This document shows positions 24,421-37,234 of a stretch of 64,000 bases of DNA, piece after piece. The notes under the pieces were generated by a model. That model was not told where the DNA came from, searched no databases, and saw only the letters and a program-made list of their open reading frames with translations. Made by a program: the position numbers and the translations under genes. This DNA is from Asterias rubens (Eukaryota): positions 12,586,001-12,650,000 of the forward strand of contig NC_047062.1 in assembly GCF_902459465.1 (NCBI RefSeq). The letters run 5' to 3'. Numbering within the stretch: position 1 is the stretch's first letter; each line of letters begins with the position of its first letter.

Positions 24421-27234
24421 CTTGAAGACTTTAACATCAAAATAAGGCAATCAAGGTTATTGTGATGATGACATCGGGTGAATTGGTTCAATGGTTAAAT
24501 CATTGCCAGCAATACTTAGAGCAGTGTGATTTTTTACAACACTGACCTGCACATTATAGTAAAGCATAATTCCATGGAATATTTGTAAAATGTTATTTTG
24601 TAAGATATTTCCGGAGATTAGGATTAAGGGCAGATTAAAGAGCTATGAGAATCGAGGTAATCCAAATACATGAACGTTCTCTGAAAGATGTTTCCTGTGA
24701 CAGAGAAAAAAATGTGGAGTGTGGAGCACCGAAGACTGCCGTCAAGACTGCTGTCAAATTACAAATAAGTAGATAATAGCAGTTAAAGGCAGTGGACACT
24801 ATAGGTAAACTCAAAATAATTATCAGCATAAAACCTCACTCGGTAACGAGTAATAGGGGGAGGTTGATAGCATTGAAAATGAAAGCTCTACATTTTTAGA
24901 ACTATTTATGTATATTCTTGTACATTAAAGAAAGATTAATAAAAGCATGAATAGTAAGATACATTTGGTATGTGTGTGTTGGGTCTGCTTCAGTCACGTA
25001 AACAAGATCAACTATGTGACTGATTTAAGTCTTCAGTTATTATGTCAGCCCCTGGAGAAATAGATCGTAGGAAAAATGAAATGGTAAAATATCAAACTAT
25101 TGCACTAATGTTTCCAGACGATGTTCATAATTATCCTTGGAAGTCTGGTGAGGCAGAACTGACATAATATGCATAGACACGCATAGACATAAACATCATG
25201 AATTGAAACGGCTTGTTCCATAATTTGAACAAAAGACACTGTCCACATCAGATTTACATTAAACTTATACCGTTTGAAAATAATGGTAGTAGAAAGCTTC
25301 CCTGAAAATATTATTAGCTGATGTGTTGTAGTTTTGGAGAAATGAGTAAAACAATGTCAAGAAAATACGTTTTACTTGCTTAAATATTTTTCGTCTTTTG
25401 AGGAGAAAATTATACCCTTTTTTTTTACTAATTTCTCTCTAAAACTACAGCACCTCGTCAGCAAGTAGTATTTTAAGGGAAGCTTTCTACCATCTTTATT
25501 TTCAAACTGTGAGATTAATGCAAATCTGTGGACATTGTGTTTTTTGTCCTACAAAAAAGCTCGAAATAGCTCACACCCATTCCTTGTTTGTCATCCATGT
25601 GGAGACATGTTTTGTTCTTTCCATTCCCCCTTAACTTTTACACAAACCTTGTTGGAGCACCACGGTCTTTAGAATTGTCATAAGGAGCCCTTTTATTTTC
25701 CCTTCATGATGATTGTCCTTGGTCTCCAAAAGGTACTAAATATGAGCGCAACGTTGTTTGTTGTCTTCACCCGAAATTCATATGATCCTCTTCTGATGGT
25801 GAATTATGTCACTGGTCTCATGCAAAGCCTTTTCAAATTGAAAACCTTTTAAATTGTCACGACGCGTCATAGCCTGGCTAAAAAAGTAAGAATGGATTTT
25901 GAAAATTGCGTACGATACAATTGTGTTATTTTTAATATGATAATACGTAAACATCTATTCATAAATACCTAAGACAGTTTCGCCATCCCTATTGGTGGAG
26001 AGCGCGTCACGTGGGGTGTTTAAACCTTTGATAATGACCAGTAAAAAGTGTTGAAACATGGGCGTGACCCGCGAGCTTGCACCTGTGCTTATAGATATAG
26101 AATTCTATATCTATGGTGCCCATAAGACAGTTTCTTCATTCCTATTGGTCGAGAGCAACGGCCGGGACAGTTGTGCCACATCACGCGATACGCGCGACGC
26201 GCACAGCAATGAGTTGTTTCAACTTGGTTTCAGGGGGTTCCTCTGATGTTTAACCCGGGGAGGGGAGGTGTCTGCCGGGCCCAATGCAGCAAAACTTTCG
26301 TCTGATGATTGATACTGGTCAAAGAATAGTGTTATTGGTCATTTCAACATCCTTTCAGGTGGTTCCTTTGATGTTTATTGATGTTTAACCCGGGGAGGGT
26401 AAGTGTCTGTTGGGCCGCGCCCAATGCAACACAAAATTTGTCTGAAGGCTGGTATTGTCTTGCGTTAAGAATAGTGCATTAGGCATATTGGTAATTTCAA
26501 CTTGGTTTTAGGTCGTTCCTCCGATGTTTAACCCCGGGGGTGGGGGTGTCTGGCAGCCCCAGTGCAGCCAAATTATGAATCAAGGGCCACAACTTAAAAG
26601 CATACACCTTTCAGCCACACAGCTGGTGTCGTTATTAAATTACGGGCTCTTAACGTTTGAAAAGAATACCACCATGACGCGCGGTGTCGGCCGGGGGCGG
26701 AGCGCCAAAAGGTGGAGATTTTAGCATATTTTAAGAGGCTGTATCTCGGAAACGATATGGAGTATGACTTTAATTTTTGGTTTGTGTTCATTTTAGCCAG
26801 AGTGGAACAGTTAGACAAAGTTTCATGTAAATCTGAGCTAATTTGACAACAGGTTAATTTCAACCCATAGGTTTGTACACTAAATATTTGGGGGAGGGGG
26901 TGTCTGGCAGGCCTAATGCAGCAGAAAATTTGTCTGGCGGTTGATATTTTTTACTTAGTATCATGGTAATGACCATTTCCACTTGGTTTCATGTGGTACC
27001 TACAATGTTTGATTCAGCCCATTATTTTGCCTCTTTGTTGGGGGTCCATGTGGTACACGCAGCGGGGGGTCCTCGGCAGACATCCATATCTGACTATGTC
27101 AAGTTATCCACTAAATGTTCCTGTACTCAAATATTGGTACCTCGTTCCTTTAACCAAAGTGCTCTGGGCTGCCGCTCTATGTAGGCCCACTCCGGACTAT
27201 TGGCTTTTTAAAAATCATGTCACGTGGATGGAAA

Positions 27235-27431
27235 TAGACTCGTGGACAAGTCGTTAAATCGGCCCACGCGCTGAGATAGTGCTCTCGCGAGATCACTGCT
27301 CTCGCGCGAACTGATGGCTCCCCGATATGAGGAGTCGAAATCGGGGAGCCATCAGTTCGCGCGAGAGCAGTGATCTCGCGAGAGCACTATCTCAGCGCGT
27401 GGGCCGATTTAACGACTTGTCCACAAGTCTA
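27235..27431. mobile_element. Foldback-type MITE: 92-bp arms, 13-nt loop, 9-bp TSD
   Basis: Arms 27235-27326 / 27340-27431 with one mismatch; TSD GGATGGAAA at 27226-27234 and 27432-27440. Confidence 0.9.
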
Positions 27432-28544
27432 GGATGGAAAGCGTATCTTACCATAGAGGTAGCTACCTCCTTAGCATTTTCGAGGTATGGTGGACGGAGT
27501 ATAGGGAGTGTCCTGTTTGCTTTGGGTGTGCGACAAAAACGTTACCCAAACCTACATGTAATATTGTGTTGTATTTTGGTCGGTCAAGTTGGTGTATCTC
27601 GCCTTGCCTTAAAGGGACCCCTGTTCAAATCCCACCGGGGGCACTAAGTGGATTTGGTTTTCAGTCCCTACACCTGGTTGCGTCGGTTTTCCAGCCTATG
27701 ATGTAATATAACTCTCTTGGGTTTTCCTCCCAGTTTAAAAACTGAAACTCGTGTTCGTGGGAGTCCTTGGCTTCACAACCAGAGTTAATAAAGGAAAATA
27801 AAATGAAATGAACAGTAATTTCCCGAAATTACAAAACGTCCAGTCTCCCGTGTGCGTGGATTTGAAGGGAATCTCTCGAGTTTAAACATATCGATGTAAA
27901 AGTTTTTGTGAATTTTCGAGTTGAGTTTGTCAGTTTATTTCAATGCAATTAGAGTTCAATTCAATTCAATTCAACTCTTCAAAGATAAAGGAATTCAAAT
28001 AACTTGAACAAAGATGTATAAAGAATAACTAAAAGGAAGAATTATATCGCCCCCACAAAAAAGTTAATTGCCGGACGTTTAGACTCTAGCAGAGTCAATC
28101 TGGAAGGAAACGTCAGGCCATTAACTATTGTTTGCATTTATACCAAGGACCGTGCTTTATTGGTAAAGACAGTTTGAAACAGCTTATTCCATTTTCCCAG
28201 GAAGAATTATATGTGGACACAATGAAGCAGCGGCAAAAATAGAGGCTTAATACACCACATCTTGTCCAGGGAATGGAACAGACAGGACAAACACACAAGA
28301 GACAAATAAAAACCTTGTACCGAATAAGAAGGTCAACTTAAAACTAGAAACTCAAAGAGAGATGGGGGATGAAAAGAGTAGAAGTTGTTCTAGATAACTT
28401 TAGACAATGTAGTTTTTGTAAGAGTTCTCATAGAGTTTTGTAGGGTTTTTTCAGAGTGGAGGAACGGTGACTGGCAAGTGGTGCATGCCTGTCAGATTAA
28501 TTATTGATTTCGACAGGTGAAAAAATACTGAAAAAATACTGATC

Positions 28545-28891
28545 TAGCCTTCACAGTTGGTGTATCTCAACATATGCATAAAATAACAAACCTGTGAAAG
28601 TTTGAGCTCAATCGGTCATCGAAGTTGCGAGATAATAATGAAAGAAAAAACACCCTTGTCACACGAAGTTGTGTGCGTTTTAGATGGTTGATTTCGAGAC
28701 CTCAAATTCTAAACTTGAGGTCTCGAAATCAAATTCGTGGAAAAATTACTTCTTTCTGAAAAACTATGGCGCTTCGGAGGGAACCGTTTCTCACAATGTT
28801 TAATACCATCAACCTCTCACCATTACTCGTCACCAAGAAAGGTTTTATGCTAATAATTATTTTGAGTAATTACCAATAGTGTCCACTGCCT
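28545..28891. mobile_element. Kolobok-type MITE, one end truncated
   Basis: Matches the dominant family; ends GTGTCCACTGCCT|TTAA. Confidence 0.8.
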
Positions 28892-29554
28892 TTAAGTCCA
28901 CTGGGAACAATGAATGCATCTTATGGCGAATCTTCCTTTCGTATGGTTAAAATGAACGCAGATTGTTAAGGATCTTACCTTGATTAATGCTCACTCTGAT
29001 TTGCTAAGGCTTTAGTTTTCGACATTATCATCATTATGAAAGGCAATTTCATTTTTCTTTACAAACGAGCGTTTTGTTGTGCAAGTGCTAAAATTATTTA
29101 TCGACATTTTACAAAACAACAGTTCTACTGAAGACGGGATTAATAATCTATAACCAACAAGATGGATTGACCAGTGCGACCTAATGACTAGTAAGTTTTT
29201 TTATGATGTTACTTTTTTTTTATACAAACTCAAGTTATGGCGTGGTTTGATCCAACCGCATGTTTCGCTTTAGGCACCCGGGCTGTCCAGTGGCATTATG
29301 GGTTTAAAGGCAGTGGAGAATGGAATGGTGATTTAAACCTAAAACGCACGGCCCATATCACTACAAGCGTCTTGTCAAACCACACTTCGACATTTTGTAA
29401 TAATTATAAATAGATATGTTTCAAATATATTTGCCTATCATTAGTTATCATAACTAGCAAGTTGAACATGTATCAGTCTAAGAGATTCCTTATAAGAAAT
29501 AGAACGTCTTTAGATTTACCATATATGGGGACATACATTAATAATAAAATAGTA

Positions 29555-30390
29555 ATAATAAACCGTATTTATATAGCGCATATCACTAAAACAAAGTCCC
29601 TATGCGCTTTAAGGAAAACAAAATAAAGGAAGAATGGACCATCAACGAAAGTTACTGAAAAGCGTTGAAAAGATGAGTTTTAAGGCGTTTTTTGAATGTG
29701 TCAACTGTGGAAGCATCCTTGACAGACTCGGGTAAGCCATTCCACAGTTCAGCTGCAGCTACTTGGAAAGAGCGAGCACCATAAGATTTTGTAACAGGGG
29801 TGGAAATGACAAGAAGAGACTTTGACTTAGAGCTAAATTTCTCGAAGGAATGTATTTGTGAACTAGGTCCTGGAGATAAATCGGGGCTATGCCTTGCAAA
29901 CATTGAAAAGTTAAAAGGAGAATTTTGAATTTAATTCTAGCTTGAACAGGTAGCCAATGAAGATTTTGTAGGATGGGAGTTATGTGATCACGTGGACGAG
30001 TGCATGTGACTAATCTAGCAGCTGAATTTTGAACTCGTTGCAGTTTTTTAATAAGAGAATCCGGTAAACCAAAGAGAAGACTGTTGCAGGTGTCAATTCT
30101 GGACATGACGAGGGAATGAACAAGTGTTTCAGTAGTTTTGGTGTCGAGATATTTTCTTATGGAGCCGATTTTGTGAAGTGCGAAGGAAGCAGTCTTACAG
30201 ATAAGGTTAACATGATTGCACATTGTGAGGTTTTTGTCAAAGATGACACAAAGATTCCTAGCAAATGAAACAGGATTGATGTTATCGTCGTCAAGCTGGA
30301 GTGACACAAGAGGAGTACAGGCACGGTAACGGCTAGTGAAATGGAGAATTTCTGTTTTATCCTCGTTTAAAATCAAGTCGTACGCAAGTA
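29555..30390 (-). mobile_element. 5'-truncated LINE (L2/CR1 group), reverse-transcriptase C-terminus plus 3' UTR and (ATT)-like tail; frameshifted
   Basis: ORF 30376-29759 (LNEDKTEIL..SRIDTCNSLLFGLP..LQRVQNSAARLV..HITPILQNLHWLPVQARIKFKILLL) continues after a frameshift near 29830 in ORF 29903-29652 (YGARSFQVAAAELWNGLP..FKKRLKTHLF). It ends in GCGCTATATAAATACGGTTTATTATTAC. Confidence 0.9.
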
Positions 30391-30632
30391 TACTGCACGG
30401 CTTGGACTTTGCATATAGAGCGTTTCTTCAAACTTTGACGCCGAAACCAGAAGACACCTGTGTCTTAGCCATTTATAATTGGTGAGCACAGTATTTCATT
30501 TTTCTCTAGGTAAGGATGTTTCAAACACGCATTATTATACTAATAATCATTATCATTTTAAGCTCTTGGTACTTGCTAGCTTCAGCAACCAATCCATTGA
30601 ATAAGTATAATCAACATCTCAATGATCATTAA

Positions 30633-30978
30633 AGACAGTGGACACTATTGGTAATTGTCAAAGACCAGTCCTCTCACTTGGTGTGTCTCAACATATGCAT
30701 AAAGTAAAAAAACCTGTGAAAATTTGAGCTCGATTGGTCGTCGGAGTTGCGAGATAACTATAAAAGAAGAAAAAAACACCTTTGTCACACGAAGTTGTGT
30801 GCTTTTAGATGCTTGATTTCTACCTCAAATTCTAAACCTGAGGTCTCGAAATCAAATTCGTGGAAAATTTCTTCTTACTCGAAAACTATGTCACTTCAGA
30901 GGGAGTCGTTTACTCGTCACCAAGTAAGGTTTTATGCTAATAATTATTTTGAGTAATTACCCATAGTGTCCACTGCCT
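30633..30978. mobile_element. Kolobok-type MITE
   Basis: TTAA|AGACAGTGGACACTATTGG...ATAGTGTCCACTGCCT|TTAA. Confidence 0.85.
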
Positions 30979-31200
30979 TTAATACTGCACCCAATTATAA
31001 AGGCACAAGCAAGACTCAGTGTTTGCACCGGATTACGGCTTAATTGCACATAATGACAGTTAGGATCAAAGTCCAATTATACAGGCCTGACTTCATGAAG
31101 CTACTTCGGCACAAACAGTAACAATATTATACTCCCCGGAATAAGGTTATCTGTCAAATTACAATGTCACTTACACGACTGGTATTGTGCTTATTTTTAA

Positions 31201-32328
31201 AGGCACCGAACACGATTGGTAATTATACTCAAAACAATTGTCAAGAGACTTACTTGATAACAAGCAATGGGGAGCTGTAGATAATATAAAACATTGTGAG
31301 AAACGGCTCTCTCTGAGGTAACATTGTTTTTGAGAAGGAGGTAATTGTCACTTAAATAATTAAAAGGCTTCAGGCCTGAAGCCTCATTTGTAAGGCATCT
31401 AAAGCACACAAATATATGCAGAAAGGGTGTTTTTGTATTATTCTCTTGCAACTTCAAAAGACCAATTGAGTCAAAGTTTTCACGGATTTATTTTTTGTGC
31501 ATAAACGTTGGGCTACAGCAAGTGAGAATACTGGTATTTCACCTTTAACAAAGATGTCAGTGCCTTTAAAGGCAGTGGACACTATTGGTAATTACTCAAA
31601 ATAATTTTAGGCATAAAACCTCACTTGGTAACGAGCAGTGGCGAGAGGTTGATAGTATAAAACATTGTGAGAAACGGCTCCCTCTGAAGTGACGTAGTTT
31701 TCAAGAAAGAAGTAATTTTCCACGAACTTGATTTCGAGACCTAAAGTTTAGAGTTTGAGGTCTCGAAATCAAGCACCTGAAAGCACACAACTTCGTGTGA
31801 CAAGGGTTCTTTCACAGTTATCTCGCAACTCCGACGACCAATCGAGCTCAAATTTTCACAGGTTTGTTATTTTATGCATATGTTGAGATACACCTAGTGA
31901 GAAGACTGACTGGTCTTTGACAATTACCAAAAATTTCCATTGTCTTTAAAGGCAGTGGACACTATTGGTAATTGTCAAAGACTATAGCCTTCACAGTTGG
32001 TGTATCTCAACATATGCATAAAATAACAAACCTGTGAAAATTTGAGTTCAACCGGTCATTGAACTTGCGAGAAAATAATGGAAGAAAAAACACCCTTGTC
32101 ACACGAAGTTGTGTGCGCTTAGATGGTTGATTTCGAGACCTCAAGTTCTAAATCTGAGGTCTCGAAATCAAATTCTTGTAAAATTACTTCTTTCTCGAAA
32201 ACTATGGCACTTCAGAGGGTGCCGTTTCTCACAATGTTTTATACCATCAACCTCTCCCCATTACTCATCACCAAGTGAGGTTTTGTGCTTATAATTATTT
32301 GAGTAAATACCAATAGTGTCCACTGCCT
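31201..32328. mobile_element. Three Kolobok-type MITEs stacked end to end sharing TTAA junctions
   Basis: 31201-31565, 31570-31945 and 31950-32328, with TTAA at 31197, 31566, 31946 and 32329. Confidence 0.85.
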
Positions 32329-33471
32329 TTAATAGCAGAACAGTTTCTACGCACTGTTTCGGCTTGTATGTCGAGTTATTATGTACCAAAAACCATCCGA
32401 AAATGTCAAGAGGATATCCAGTGTGTTTTATAGGATATCAAGAAACACTTGCGGTTGGTGTAACTATTTCGATTTCGTGAACGCAACATAAAGCAACAAA
32501 AATGCATTTAAGGTTGAAATTTCGCTCACTTCAGTGTTTTAGACGCTTACGGAATTAGAACTAAAAGCCAACTAATCGGTAGCTGGGTTTACAAAATGTT
32601 AAATTAATGTGTGTTTAGTTAAGTCCATCGATCATGCTCAATGAGTCATGAAATGAAATTTGCAATTGAATTTGGCATTTGGTTTGCACTTACTTCACCA
32701 ATAAGAATCGCCAATAATGATATTAAGAAATGTATGCTTGAATCAAAGCTTGAAGTAGTTGTTTAGTGCACTTTTACATAATTCAGTAATTGAATATAGT
32801 GTAGACTAATGTAACGTTAAGAATAAACAATATTAATAATTAATAAACTTGCGGGTACAACAGTGTATTTATTTTATTCTCCTTTGATGGAGTTTTGGCT
32901 CTGTAAAGAGCCGATTTGTTATCGACGTTTCGAACAAGATGCTCTGTTGTCTTCATGAGATGATTAGAGTAATGTTCGAAGCGTTGAGACCAAAACACTC
33001 CCTCAACAGAGAATTAAAACATTGTTGTACCCGCAAGTTCACTATTACTTCAACAAAAACAGTTTAAAGCCTCAACATCACTTATGTAACGTTCCAATTA
33101 TGACGTCACTTTTGCACCAAAAAGTTGTAATTCCCAAAGTTAGGGACACGTTGCCTTGGATCGGGCGAGTTGGTCTATGTGTTGATCATTCTTTTTATAA
33201 ACATCTTTCCAACCATATGCATTTCATAACAAACGCTTTCCATAGACCAACTCGCCCGACCCAATGCAACTTGTCCTCCATAAGTTGTCCTCTCTTGCTT
33301 CACAAAGCACTATGATTCATCTTTAGTTTTCTGCATTACCATAGTGATTTGTATCTTGACATATCACATTTCGCTTAGCATTTGTGAATGATATGCAACT
33401 CTGATCAATCAAGCCAATCAAGTGTACGCATACTAAACACTGTCATCATTTGACTTTATAGTGGTGATGTA

Positions 33472-34434
33472 TTAAGATGCCGGGTTAACTACAGGCGTCG
33501 CTCTGCGGCAGCAACGCGAGTACAACCTGAAGTATCGTTTCGCAGTTTCTCTGAAGTAGCTATTACGCATGTAGTAAATAAAGAGATTTAACCAGCTGTT
33601 GGTCAGCATAGCCATCCGGGCAATGAATTCTGTGTAGTACGTATCAGAGTTTCCAGTGATCAACTTGTAGAGCTTTCGGGTTGCAGCCGGCGCCCAGGCC
33701 ACGGAGAAAGCCGTTGTGACGATGAGGAAAGTGACCACAGCTTTAAGGTTGACTTGACGGGATTTATCGGCTTGTCTCTGCTCAGTGGTCTGCTCCATTC
33801 CTGCACCGCGTATGTGATGACGGGCTTTCAACCACATGTGCGTGTACAATACCGTGACGAGAAGAACTGGAATTACGATGAACATCAACTCTCCGTAACG
33901 CACCGGGTAGTACCAGAAGTCCCCGTTGGTGACACCGAGACTGCAGTTGTCCTCCTCGTCGTCTATTTCTCCTTTCCAGTTGACTCCAAAGCCATACAGT
34001 ATCATGATAGCGATGCTGAGGCCCCATATACCAATCAAACTTTTCCAAGCACGCTCTATGGTTACGATGTGTTGGTATCGTAGAGGTGCAACGACCATGA
34101 TGTATCGCTCCACTGTGACTGCGATCAATGAGAACAGCCCGGAGTAATAGCAGAGATATTTGCCGATGCCGTAGATATCACAGGCAACTTCACCGTACGG
34201 CCAGCGATCCATGGCCGAGGACACGATCAAGGGAGTAGTCACAAAGATACCGTTGAGAAGATCGGAGGCTGCAAGTGACGCCATAAAGAGCCTGGTTACC
34301 GCGTGGATCTTTTTGACACGCCGTAGTACGAGAAGACACACTGTGTTACCACCGATGATGAGGATGGCCGTGATACCAAACAGCACACACCTTAGTATGT
34401 TAAACCACGGGGCAGTGGTACCTTCACTCTCCAT
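33472..34434 (-). CDS. Single-exon class A (rhodopsin-like) GPCR, orphan, 320 aa
   Basis: Seven hydrophobic segments; GN1.50, LAASD2.50, WPYG..C3.25, ERY (DRY), W4.50, ECL2 Cys, F..AWAP in TM6, NSWLNLFIY in TM7 followed by helix 8 FR; good Kozak context GACATGG. Confidence 0.93.
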   Translation of the reverse strand: MESEGTTAPWFNILRCVLFGITAILIIGGNTVCLLVLRRVKKIHAVTRLFMASLAASDLLNGIFVTTPLIVSSAMDRWPYGEVACDIYGIGKYLCYYSGLFSLIAVTVERYIMVVAPLRYQHIVTIERAWKSLIGIWGLSIAIMILYGFGVNWKGEIDDEEDNCSLGVTNGDFWYYPVRYGELMFIVIPVLLVTVLYTHMWLKARHHIRGAGMEQTTEQRQADKSRQVNLKAVVTFLIVTTAFSVAWAPAATRKLYKLITGNSDTYYTEFIARMAMLTNSWLNLFIYYMRNSYFRETAKRYFRLYSRCCRRATPVVNPAS

Positions 34435-37234
34435 GTCTGTTCTCTTAAGTCTTGTTATGGTTTGGCTTTAGGGCTAAGACTACTTATATTGCATACCGCA
34501 CGTGCGAAGCCAAACGATCACGTGGATTGATCTGCAACATGCAATAGTGACTTGGTTTGTCATTATTTAATTACCTTTTGTTCGCAGTGTGCGCCTGGTC
34601 AGATTAATCATAACAGAGATAGGGCCATGTGGACCTTTCTCTGTAGAGAGACCATGGTTTAATCAGACTCTAACCAAGCATTACAACCTTTACTATTACA
34701 AGCATTTCAAATTGTCGCGGTAATTACTATTCGCTCAAATTGTACTTGTTTTTCTCACCAACTTTGAATGACTCAAAAGTACGGTATTGTCACTCTCCTG
34801 ACAAAAGGGGATTAACCAGTTATTAAGTTGAAAACTAAATTATGTCAAATTTTGCCTTTGTGTATAAAACTGCATCTGCTTGTATTGCTGGGTGACTGGA
34901 GATTTGCTTATAACCATACTATTCATGGTAGATAAGTGGTTATGCGGGCGCTTTGGGACTATAAGTTTATGTTTCCATCGATTTTGAAAAGAAAAATATG
35001 ACAAATTTTCTCATGATATTTTTAAATTCTTTTTAAAGTTTTGTCCGTCCTTGAACAAAATATTCTATCACCAGCAAACCGTCTTGGTTCTTGCATTAGT
35101 GGTTTTTTTTCCAGACGCAATAAGAATCAAATTTGGGAAGATTTGCAAGGGTGTGGCCCCATACCATTATGTTATTTGCAGTGGTTCATTCTATAACTAA
35201 TAACCATGACATTATAAGGCAATGGACACGTTTGGTAATTACTCAGCAACATATCATCATAAGGCCACATAAAAAAAAAATTGTTGATCGTCCTTTTTTT
35301 TGCGGATGGGGGAGGGAGGGATTTTTTTTTTTTTTTTAAGTTTTGTTGACATGCCAAATATAAAATCAAGAATAAAGAAATCATCACAATCACTATAAAA
35401 CAGAGGGTTTGTGTGTTCGTTGATGCTTTCAGTAGTTTTGTCAAACAAATTTAAAATTACAAAATGACATTTTCTGTAAACTTTTTCAAACAACTAGCAC
35501 AGTGTAGCCCAAGTAAATATTTGAAGAATTGTTCTTACTTTACCAATATGAATAACAACCTTCTTTAAACATCTTTTCAAACCTGTACATTTTGAAAAAA
35601 ATATCAGCTGAAAAGGTTGTTTTTATTATTTAAAAAAATGGGGTCGGGTGGTTTTGAACGGTCGGGCGGGGACGATCAACAATTTGTTTTATGTGGCCTG
35701 AAGGCTTTTTTGTGTATTGAGCAACGGAAAGCTGTTGATAATTCTGACAATTTTCTTCCACTAAAATGCAGAGTAGGAATTCATGTCATGGTCGAAAACT
35801 TGATTTACAAATGGTATCAGAACCCTTTAAAGAGGCATGCGTACGGAGCGCCGAACTACGGATCCCATAAACATGGACATCTTTTTAAAGTAGTTTTCAC
35901 GTATACCGAAAGGTCATAATATTTATATAGCGCTCGAAATCACAGTGCGCCCGAAACAGTCTATTGCCCGAATTGGTTTCGTGAGCACAAATATTCAATT
36001 CAATACAATTCAATTCAATTCAAAAAACTTTAACCATCCTTTGCAGGCAATTACAATAGCAGACCAGCTCCATAAAGAAAATATTAAGATAAGTATACAA
36101 TACAATATTATAGATTGTCCTTTGAACTTTTTTGAAATATAGGCTGATGTGATTGACAAGCAATGGCCCTTTTTGAAAATTCTTTTTTTAAACAATATTT
36201 ATCTGAATTGTGTAAGAGGAAATTGCGCTTGTTTATTGCCTTCGGAATGTTTACCTTATTTCTCTCGAACAGAAATAAGAAGATCAACATGTTTTGAAAT
36301 TATTTTCTTTTAAATATGACCTTCTGGGGCTTTCAGTTAAATTGATGTGTTCTTTTGTAATGTTCTTGTCAAAACATAAGGAAAAACACAAGGGATGGAT
36401 TTTATCAAATCTCATTACCAGCAACAACAAAAACAAAAACCTAAAAAACGGGGGGAAACTAAAACTGCAGAATTATTATTATTATTATTTTATTTGCCAT
36501 AACAGTACAAAACAACAAACAAGACAATATACTCCGAGATGGGCAAGGGACAACAAAAGAATGACGCCGTGGGTAAACATCTTTCCCACGTATAGAACCA
36601 TCTAGCCAAACTTAATTTTCAAAATTGGAAGCAACTCTTATAAACAGACCGGTTTCACAATCAGCAGGACTCAGTGATGTGTAAACATTTTGCCAAGAAT
36701 GCAATCATTTTTTAGCCAAACTTAATTTTCAAAATTGAAAGCAACTCTTTAGCAAACCGTTTTCACAAGCAGCGGGACTCCGTGAGTAAACATCATAACC
36801 ATTAGGAGTATTTTCACATTGTTCTATGTATAGGCCTAGGTCTACTCTCCATGGTTTATATTCTTCTATTTGCTTTGAATCAAACTCAAAGTTGTTGTTT
36901 TATTTATTCACTGCACTGGCGGCCAAGCAGGGCCAAAAAGTACATTTACAAGTTAAAAATAGTTCATATAGTAATACAAAAAATGAACATAAAAAATGTT
37001 ATTGTTTTAACATTAATTGCAAGATCTTTTTTTTTTTTTTTTTTTAAGATTGAATAAACTGACAACGGCGGTCAGGCAGTCCAACAAGTGACACATTACA
37101 AGTAAAACTGGCACATATAGGAACAACAAAATATACAAATTAATACACCAAATAATATAGAAAAACGTGCAACGATATTGTATGGTTGGCTGTGGGGTTT
37201 GTGTGGGGAGGGGTCAAAATCAGGGACGCCTACC

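Noticed and set aside
29759-30376. RT ORF as a retron, DGR or host gene
   Set aside because: It is the frameshifted, 5'-truncated C-terminal part of an L2/CR1-type LINE with its typical 3' tail.
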